Shown here: piece by piece, positions 11,880 through 18,734 of the stretch
Layout: every line of letters starts with the position of its first letter
Numbering within the stretch: the first letter of the stretch is position 1
Program-made: the position numbers and the translations under genes
The notes under the pieces: generated by a model
Database searches by the model: none
What the model was told of the DNA's origin: nothing
Seen by the model: the letters and a program-made list of their open reading frames with translations, nothing else
Origin: Tubiluchus corallicola
Taxonomy: Eukaryota > Animalia > Priapulida
Direction of reading: 5' to 3'
Length of the DNA: 18,734 nucleotides
Assembly: GCA_030141605.1 (NCBI GenBank)
Contig: JAQGDQ010000752.1
Location: 83,091-101,824, forward strand

Positions 11880-12752
11880 GATGGTAACTATCTGTAAACG
11901 GTTCTCTCTCAAATGCCTTTTGAAACTGTCAACTGATGAAGCGCTGATGGTTGATGATGAAAGATGATTCCATGGTTGAACTACACGATGCCCTAAGAAG
12001 TGTGGTCTGACGTTGGTTCTATCTGGTTGCACAAATAACTTAGACCATACAACCAATTTTTATTCCAGAATGAACAACAGCTTCATTAAGACGAATTATT
12101 ACTGCTGCATTTCTTTATAGCACCTTGCACTTAATCATGCCAATGCGACGGTTTACTTTTCCAATGATATGGTTCGCATGGGAATTCCATATAAAGATAT
12201 ATTAATATCATTTTTCTAATGAAGAACTAATGATGGCATGTTTTATGTAGAGCCAAGCCACCAAAAACTAAATTCTGTAAATGAACAATATAAAACTACA
12301 GTGTTTCTTAGGACTCTTGTCCTACACTGGCCTCACACATTTTCTTCTATAAAACATAGTGTCGTTAATTGGATAATTTGTATTCATTTACATGTGTGAA
12401 ATAAATATGTCTTATAACGTATCTTGTATCTTATTACTCCCAAGTCTCAAATACAACTTTTTTCAGCTATTTGAGCATTATTTAGAAAGTAAGGTGTAAT
12501 AGATTTAGGGTGTATTCTAAGTAAAGCACATTTACTGGGTTTAACTGCTATTGACCAATTTACTGCACCAGTCTAAAATATATAACGATCAAGATCGTCC
12601 CAAATTTGACGAAAGGGCTTTGAATCATCAACAAATAATGGGATGCTAGTCCCTGGGGAAATACAATCAGTGATATCATTAATGAAAGTAAGGAAGCTGT
12701 GTGGGCCTCTCAAGGTTCCGTGGGGGATACCGCTTATAACGGGACGCCATTC
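11880..12752 (-). mobile_element. Decayed CR1-type LINE ORF2 fragment (RT core to C-terminus), interrupted at ~12205-12431
   Basis: Minus-strand translation gives EWRPVISGIPHGTLRGPHSFLTFINDITD..IPLFVDDSK (cf. V.SGVPQGSVLGP..F..FIND..LFADD.K), DLGVI, IWNSHANHIIGKVNRRIGMIK, and RPHFLGHRVVQPWNHLSSSTISASSVDSFKRHL (CR1 C-terminal motif). Stops and frameshifts are present. Confidence 0.85.
12205..12431 (+). mobile_element. Short insertion in the CR1 fragment, probably the 3' end of another retroelement
   Basis: It separates two normally adjacent RT motifs (DLGVI / .W..H). It ends in aataaatatgtcttataacgtatcttgtatctt, a poly(A) signal plus a short tandem tail. Boundaries are approximate and no clear TSD is visible. 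Confidence 0.4.
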
Positions 12753-13260
12753 GGTGGATATACTGGTAAGATATACATTTGCGAAACCTGTCGGTAAAAT
12801 GTCGAAAACTCATCTACCTTTCGTTTGTCAAGTCGAATTTTAATTTCTGCCCCGTAATCTGGCATTTCTGTAGTACATCAAATAGCCAGAAGTTAGAGCA
12901 TTTGAATTTCAGAGCGCTCCATCTAGTTTATAATGATTTCGAAAGTACCTACGAAAATCTATTGTTTAAAGACAATTTTGTGTCTCTTCAACTTCAGAGA
13001 CAACGTTCTCGTCGAAGTATTCAAGATTTTGTCCAAAAACTGCCCGTCCTATCTCTATGGACTGATAGAGGAACGAAAGCAAAACCGCTACTTCCGCAGA
13101 AAAATGAACACTGCCGAACACCCCACATATGATGGTGTTACATATGGCAAGAAAAGTTTCTCCTATTATGGAGCCACATTGTGGAATGAATTACCAAACT
13201 GTCTCCGAATGGCTGAAAATCTTGGGGAATTTAAACGTCTAATTAACTCATTTACTGGTG
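12753..13260 (+). mobile_element. L2/CR1-group LINE ORF2 C-terminal fragment (frameshifted, 5'- and 3'-truncated)
   Basis: RKLIYLSFVKSNFNFCPVIWHFC..KLEHLNFRALHLVYNDFESTYENLL, a frameshift near 13005, then VEVFKIL..CPSYL..TYGKKSFSYYGATLWNELPNCLRMAENLGEFKRLI. These are typical post-RT motifs of L2/CR1-group ORF2. Confidence 0.88.
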
Positions 13261-13445
13261 TATTCAATTCAATTCAAGAGTTTTATTCATTTTGCACATT
13301 GCATCATTACAATTAGCATTAAAATACAGATAATTTTCCATTTGAGTAAATATAAATATAAATATGAATAAATGCAATATTATTAAGAAATTTCATAATG
13401 CAGCATATACATGTGCAAATTTCATTACAGAATAATTTTTTGATG

Positions 13446-13492
13446 CATACAGTTTGAGCCTAAAAGCATAGCTTGACAGGCCAAACTGTATG
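13446..13492 (-). promoter_or_regulatory. LINE 3' UTR stem-loop (candidate RT recognition element)
   Basis: catacagtttg/caaactgtatg form a perfect 11-bp stem, followed by gcct/aggc and aagc/gctt. It lies between the ORF2 stop and the tail. Function is inferred by analogy with L2-clade 3' stem-loops. Confidence 0.6.
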
Positions 13493-13681
13493 TGGAAATC
13501 TTAAAAAAAAAATGGGGGGGGGGGGGGAGTAGTGAATGAAAGATGAAATGGAGCGAGAAACTAAGAAAAACTGTGATCATGGTTACAAAGTGTTCAGTAT
13601 CCTGTTAAACATAGTCACGTTATATTAAGATTACTGCAGCAAAAAATGCAGGTTATTACCATTATCAAATTGTGTTACTCT

Positions 13682-13945
13682 TCAATACTTTTGAAATATT
13701 TCTTTTCTGACGGGTTTTTTAAAAGTTAAAAGGGAGTGACTACATTTCGAATTGCGGCTTAGTCTGTTCCATAGGACTGGCCCCATATAGCTGATGAAGT
13801 GTTTCGCCATATTTGTTCTACAACGTCTTGGTATATATTCATTATGTCTGGTATTGTATTTTTTTACATTTATCTTGACTGGATTTTCAAAAAAAGTTGG
13901 AAATAAGTTGTTGTTGGTTCTATACATGTATATACATCCAATTCA
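13682..13945 (-). pseudogene. Out-of-frame C-terminal remnant of the same LINE ORF2
   Basis: IGCIYMYRTNNNLFPTFF..KYNTRH..RCRTNMAKHFISYMGPVLWNRL..SLLTFKKPVRKEIFQKY* matches the usual YNTR / R..S..G..LWN.L / S...FK C-terminal pattern. Confidence 0.85.
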
Positions 13946-15858
13946 ACATTTAATTTCGTTGGTATTTCACCTGTAAGAAAAGATAAATTAATTAAATATT
14001 GCAAAGGTTTAGAGATGTAGTCAATGGTGTCTATTACGACTTTAGGTAACATTTTGTCCTTACCAGGACCTTTATTCCGATTAAACGATTTGCAAGTATT
14101 TATTATATCATTTTCTGTTACTGCACTAATAAAAAAGCTTTGTCGGTAGGTACCTTTAAGATATGTACATGGATTTATGTTTGTGTTTTCAATTTGTTCT
14201 GATAATATTGGTCCAATATTGGCAAAGTAATCGTTAAAAGCATTTGCCACCTCTACATTATTTTTAATTAATTTATTGTTTATGAACAACGTAATGGGTC
14301 GATTTTGCCTTTCTTTATGCATAATTTCTTTCATTGTATCCCATGTCTTTTTTATGTTATCTTTAACTGTCATCAATCTATCCCTATAATACTGACATTT
14401 TGATGCTTTTATAACTGTATTAAGTTCATTTCTATATCGTTTGTATTCTACTTCAGATACGTCATTATTTGTCTTGTTCACCAGAGAACGATACATTTTA
14501 TTTTTCCGCTTAACACTTACTAAAATTGCTGTAGTGATCCAAGGTTTTTTTGCTGCTTGATGATTGTTATTGCTTTTCTGTAGTTTAATATGTTTGTTAT
14601 AGATATCAGAAAGCTTAGTATGAAATAAATTGTATGCGTCTTCGGTATTAGTTGCAGAATATAAATCTGACCAGTCACATTGATTTAAATCTTGGATAAT
14701 TTTGTTTTTTATATGAACATTATAAATATGTTTGCGCACGTATTCCTTACTGTATGTTTCAATTTTGAGATCAATAATTAAAAAAATTGGGAGGTGATCT
14801 GTTATATCTGTTAGAAAAATACCTGATTTATACTTATAATCTAGTGCATTAGTAAATATATTATCAATTAGTGTTGCTGAATAAGGCGTAATTCTTGTTG
14901 GTCTTGTAACAGTAGGAAACAGATAATTGGTCAGCATTGTGTCTAAAAAGTGTCCGGTTTCGTTGTGAGAAGCGTGGTTTATTAAATTTATATTATAGTC
15001 TCCTAGTAAGAAAATATGTTTGTTTTGTCTATTAACAATTGCCATAGTGTTCTGTATTTTGTCTGTAAAATGGTTAGGATTTTCACCAGGTGGTCTATAT
15101 ATTACTCCCATTATTGTATTTTTATTCTTGCTGCGTAATTCAATGAAAAGTGATTCTATGTCTGGATCATTGATGTGGCATAGGTCTTTTCTCACTGTAT
15201 AAGGTATGTCTTTCCTTATAAGCAAGCCGACTCCACCACCAGATTTGTGTTTACGATTTATACATTCAAATTCATATCCAGGCAGGGAAATGGTTACTCC
15301 TGAATCATCTTGGAGCCATGTTTCTGATAAGGCAATAATTGAAAAACTTATAGTTAATGATTCTAAATATACATTTAAATAATCAAAATTAGCTTTTAGG
15401 CTACGAATATTAACATGGATCATAGACAGTGGTGTATTGAAATCAGTGTTACTGTACAAAGATGTGAACTGATCTTCATCATAGTAATTGCTTTTTGGTA
15501 TTAAGTTTGGTGTATTAAAAAAATTTAAATCAGGATCTGCCATATTCGTGATATTATTGCTATCATCTGATTCAGTGCAAAAGAGATTTAAATTATAATC
15601 GCACAAGATAGAACCAATATTTGAAAAACGTGCAATATGTTTAAATTCTTCGTCATCTGGTATATTATTAAATGGGAAAATGGACTGTAGGCAAAGATGG
15701 CAAAACCATTCATTATCATCTGTAGCCAGGTCATTATAATCGTCAACAGATAACGGTGAGCATCTTAGGTGAATCCACCTATAACAGTTGTCACATCCTA
15801 GAGCCTTTTGGTTATGTTTAACAGGTTTCTCGCAAGCGGGACATGAGAATGTTATCAT
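13870..15858 (-). CDS. LINE ORF2-derived protein: N-terminal PHD finger + apurinic-like (APE/EEP) endonuclease + linker; RT core absent
   Basis: C4HC3 PHD (CPAC..CDNC..HLRC..WFCHLC). APE motifs are HVNIRSL, IALSETWL, GGGVGLLI, GVIYRPPG, LLGDYNINL, PTRIT, TLIDNIFTN and ITDHLPIF. Linker motifs are KPWIT and ANAFNDYFANIG. Homology stops at LINLSFLTGEIPTKL, just before the RT domain. Confidence 0.92.
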   Translation of the reverse strand: MITFSCPACEKPVKHNQKALGCDNCYRWIHLRCSPLSVDDYNDLATDDNEWFCHLCLQSIFPFNNIPDDEEFKHIARFSNIGSILCDYNLNLFCTESDDSNNITNMADPDLNFFNTPNLIPKSNYYDEDQFTSLYSNTDFNTPLSMIHVNIRSLKANFDYLNVYLESLTISFSIIALSETWLQDDSGVTISLPGYEFECINRKHKSGGGVGLLIRKDIPYTVRKDLCHINDPDIESLFIELRSKNKNTIMGVIYRPPGENPNHFTDKIQNTMAIVNRQNKHIFLLGDYNINLINHASHNETGHFLDTMLTNYLFPTVTRPTRITPYSATLIDNIFTNALDYKYKSGIFLTDITDHLPIFLIIDLKIETYSKEYVRKHIYNVHIKNKIIQDLNQCDWSDLYSATNTEDAYNLFHTKLSDIYNKHIKLQKSNNNHQAAKKPWITTAILVSVKRKNKMYRSLVNKTNNDVSEVEYKRYRNELNTVIKASKCQYYRDRLMTVKDNIKKTWDTMKEIMHKERQNRPITLFINNKLIKNNVEVANAFNDYFANIGPILSEQIENTNINPCTYLKGTYRQSFFISAVTENDIINTCKSFNRNKGPGKDKMLPKVVIDTIDYISKPLQYLINLSFLTGEIPTKLNVELDVYTCIEPTTTYFQLFLKIQSR

Positions 15859-16428
15859 ATGAATGATGTAGGTAAAGAAGGTGAGTAATTGCTAAAAAAG
15901 AAAAAAATGCAAAAAAGACTAAGGTAGTAATTAGGGCCGACTTATTTGCCTATATCTTCCACTTTGATTTAAAAAAAGATAAATAAAATAATTGCTTCAA
16001 ATTATCAAATTAATATATCCTGGAGCATATAATTTGCACATGTATTTTGGATTGTTGATGTAGTATGAATTCTTTGATTATACAGTAAAGTACACAAAAA
16101 TAGTCTCATGTTTAGAAATATGGTTCCACTTAAATTTGACTGTTAATGATATATAGACAGAAAATAACTTGCCAGATATTAACTAATCACGATACGTAGC
16201 ACTAATACAGTTTAATTACATATCCATGTTGCTAATAAGTGAAAATTGAAACAAAGTAACTATTATTTATGCATATCTTTCTAAAAAGGGTTAAATTTAA
16301 TATGGAGTTAAGCATGAATTTAGGCATAAATTTACGTTAAGCTGTCTCGCCATACAAAAAAATAGAGTCACTTCTGTATTAAAAATATTACACGCTAGTA
16401 GGGTAGATGTTACACCTCTGGCCGATTT

Positions 16429-16742
16429 CCCCCCCTCCTTTGGCTGCCCGGGGGGGGACACCCCTAAAAAAGTGCAAAAATCCGGAAACACCCCTAAAAA
16501 GTGAAGTGGCTCTATTGTCGTGCTAGTTAAGTGACCAATTTAAGGATTAGGAGTGACGGTTGGTCGACGGGCCACGCCCCCCTCGGCTGCCGGGGGTGGG
16601 AACAAAAATCACCCCCCCTAAAAAAGTGAAGTGGGTCTATTGTTGCGCTAGTTAAGTGCCCGATTTAAGGATTAGGAGTGACGGTTGGGACTCCCGCACG
16701 CTTTGGGGGGGGGGGGTGCGCCCGGCGAGAACACCCCCCCTC
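16429..16742. repeat. Imperfect ~120-bp tandem units (C-run/G-run hairpin + cacccctaaaaaagtg + 60-bp block)
   Basis: 16489-16563 closely matches 16610-16688 (ccctaaaaa(a)gtgaagtgg.tctattgt.g.gctagttaagtg.cc.atttaaggattaggagtgacggttgg). cacccctaaaaaagtg also occurs at 16459. Confidence 0.9.
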
Positions 16743-16914
16743 CGCGGTAAATGCAGCCGTCCGTTCGACACGCGCTCGCTGCGCACTTTGCTCCACCCTA
16801 ATTGTACCTAATCCGGTAATCGACTCTCGCCGCCTAGCTGGCCGCTAGCTAGATAATGGGCTAAAAGATTTCTCTACCCACGTGCAGCAGTGCACAGTCT
16901 CGTCGTCGTTAAAT

Positions 16915-17056
16915 GGTTAGGATGTTCTTTTATGCGAGTCTAAATTGCCATACAATTTTTAAAAATTTTACCCCACCCTCATCCGGGTTAGAATGTTCTT
17001 TTATGCGCGTCTAAGTTGCAATACAATTTTTAAAAATTTTATCCTACCTTTATCCG
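16915..17056. repeat. 2 x 71-bp direct repeat, each unit with the 14-bp palindrome aatttttaaaaatt
   Basis: ggttag.atgttcttttatgcg.gtctaa.ttgc.atacaatttttaaaaatttta..atccg occurs at 16915 and 16986. Confidence 0.9.
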
Positions 17057-17057
17057 A

Positions 17058-17081
17058 GATGGATGGATGGATGGATGGATG
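17058..17081 (+). repeat. (GGAT)n microsatellite
   Basis: gatggatggatggatggatggatg. Confidence 0.9.
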
Positions 17082-17125
17082 CCGTCGCCGAAAAGCCTCC
17101 TTCGCTCCATCCAATGCGGTCGCAT

Positions 17126-17249
17126 CGTGCAACATACAGTCTACTCACACGCGCACACACCACCGAGCACGACTGTTAGCATGGGCCGACCATTAGCACG
17201 AACGTTACCACGTGTAACATACAGTCTACTCACACGTCGCCGAGCATGA
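17126..17249. repeat. Spaced direct repeat cgtg.aacatacagtctactcacacg...ccgagca.ga (period 85)
   Basis: Copies start at 17126 and 17211. Confidence 0.85.
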
Positions 17250-17421
17250 TTAATTTCTGGGTTTCTTTATTTTTTTGTCAACTGTATCCAACGATGATGA
17301 TGATGACGACGATGATGATGATGACGCGGTATTACCTAAAGCAGAGTCTGATCTTTGGTCGTCATCCACTTTTTTATCCGACAGAACAATAATAACTAAT
17401 GTTAGTTAAAATTATCTTTTC

Positions 17422-17611
17422 ATTTTGTAAAATCTTTCTATCTGTACTAACTCGCATGTTTAAACCCGCAACGAATGCACTCATCTGATCAGGCGCCAAG
17501 GCAGGCACGTGCCTATTTTGTAAAAATCTTTCTATCTGTACTAACTCGCATGTTTAAACCCGCAACGAATGCACTCATCTGATCAGACGCCAAGGCAGGC
17601 ACGTGTCTATT
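17422..17611. repeat. 2 x ~93-bp near-perfect tandem repeat
   Basis: attttgtaaaa(a)tctttctatctgtactaactcgcatgtttaaacccgcaacgaatgcactcatctgatcag.cgccaaggcaggcacgtg.ct occurs at 17422 and 17515. Confidence 0.95.
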
Positions 17612-18016
17612 GCTTAATCCGGTAATTGACTCGACTACCTAGCTAATGAGGGCTTAATCCGTTAATTGACTTGCGAGACATGACACCCGCGACTATTTAA
17701 GTGCATGTACCTGTTTTTTTAAAAGCCCGTTGGAATGTACAGCAAGCAGACAGTAGGACAGCTGCGATCTAGATAATTGAATGCCTGCAGCCTTCTAGTC
17801 TGCATGCATTTCAACGAGTCAGTATTTTTTAGGTGAGGATATATATATATATAATCCCAAAAACTCACAAGTTGCATTAGCCACATTTTTATTGAATGAT
17901 TTCTTTTTTGACAATAGGGTATTTAAAATTTTACTTTTATCTAGATTAGATGTACAAAGAGAAAAAAACTGAGGCGCTTTACTATTAGACTAAAATTGCC
18001 AGAGACTGAAGTGTAT

Positions 18017-18734
18017 TTACTTTTTAAAATATTCTTTTATCTTTATCCTGATGGGGTGTACCTTTCCTCGGGTTGACAAAAAACGATGTTGGGTGGGGGA
18101 CCCATTGCTCGTTGATGACGCCGCTGTTGTTGTTGTTGTTGCTGTCGATGTTGTTGATGTTAGCGGTGGCGACATATTGCTAGCAGACGCGACCCGAATG
18201 TTGACATTGTGCTGCTGTAATCTCGACGGTGGTGGTGGCGGCGTCGGTGGCGCTGTTTTAGGTACAGCTGCTGTTCTAGTCATCATTCTAGCAGTGATGA
18301 TCGGAAGGTGATGCAATCTTGGAGGTGGCAGCACTGCTGCTGCTGCTGCTGCTGGTGGTGCTGTTGCAGACGTCTTGGTGCTAGGTAATACCTGGTCCTC
18401 GTCTTTGTTCCTCGTCATCGTCATCCTCGTTGTCAAAACCGTCATTGTCATCTCCATCATCATCATCATCATTATCCTCTTCCATCATCGCGTCGACGTC
18501 GAATTGACCGAGATCGTCGTCGTCATCGTCGTCGTCGTCGTCATCACTTAAACCCTCGTTACAATTAGCATTGATTATGCTAGCACCACCAGCAGCAGCG
18601 CCAGTGGCAGCGCTACAGCTGACGTCAACCTCGTCGACAAACTCGATGGGACGTCTGCAAGAGCCCAACGTCTGATGAGAACTGGCTGCTAATTGATCTT
18701 GATCGAATCTTAAAGCGTCACACTCTTCCCTACT
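18017..18734 (-). CDS. 3' part of an unknown low-complexity protein gene (poly-Asp tract, Ala/Pro/Thr-rich region, basic C-terminus), with a frame break near 18410
   Basis: The frame is open from the window edge (SREECDALRFDQDQLAASSHQTLGSCRRPIEF..DDDD..). It continues most naturally in the 18017..18472 frame (NKDEDQVLPSTKT..RGKVHPIRIKIKEYFKK*). A minus-strand AATAAA lies at 17888-17893. Confidence 0.55.

Larger units (their letters stand above)
13261..16396 (-). mobile_element. PHD-APE LINE (L2/CR1 group, Crack-like) with internal deletion of the RT domain; the 5' boundary is uncertain
   Basis: It contains the 662-aa ORF and a C-terminal remnant (13682-13927). The 3' UTR has a stem-loop at 13446-13492, an AATAAA at 13282-13287 (minus strand) and a (TTGAA)3 tail at 13261-13277. 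Confidence 0.88.
16397..18734. mobile_element. Candidate terminal region of a large DNA transposon / endogenous virus (Polinton/Maverick-like), tentative
   Basis: There is a sharp AT-to-GC/CpG transition at AGTAGGGTAG, then about 1.3 kb of nested direct repeats and an apparently intronless low-complexity gene pointing toward the terminus. No pPolB, integrase, ATPase or capsid sequence is present in the window. Confidence 0.35.

Noticed and set aside
13503-13528. A/G homopolymer run as a G-quadruplex regulatory element
   Set aside because: It lies in the LINE 3' UTR, where such C/T tracts (minus strand) are common, and nothing further supports a function.
18051-18311. Plus-strand ORF 18051..18311
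   Set aside because: It is the antisense reading of the trinucleotide-rich minus-strand gene, and the poly(A) signal supports the minus strand.

Overview
AT-rich eukaryotic (most likely invertebrate animal) genomic DNA, not prokaryotic. (1) 1-~8890 holds the 3' part of a + strand spliced gene for a very long E/K/L-rich coiled-coil protein. It has a giant exon (1-4033) containing two near-identical 1458-bp (486-aa) tandem units and a one-base frame break between 3407 and 3530, followed by phase-compatible small exons at 4515-4663, 6554-6669 and probably 8844-8887. One intron carries a 15 x 60-bp hairpin minisatellite packed with AP-1/ARE motifs. (2) ~11880-16396 is a nest of non-LTR retrotransposons: a decayed CR1-type RT (-) split by a small insertion, an L2/CR1-group ORF2 C-terminal fragment (+), and a young-looking PHD-APE LINE (-). 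The last keeps its endonuclease, C-terminal region, 3' stem-loop and (TTGAA)n tail but lacks the whole RT core. (3) 16397-18734 is an abrupt switch to a GC-richer segment starting AGTAG, built of many paired direct repeats and C/G-run hairpins, followed by an acidic, low-complexity minus-strand gene running off the window. It may be the end of a large DNA transposon or endogenous virus (Polinton/Maverick-like), but no diagnostic gene is visible. No CRISPR array, tRNA or rRNA was recognised.
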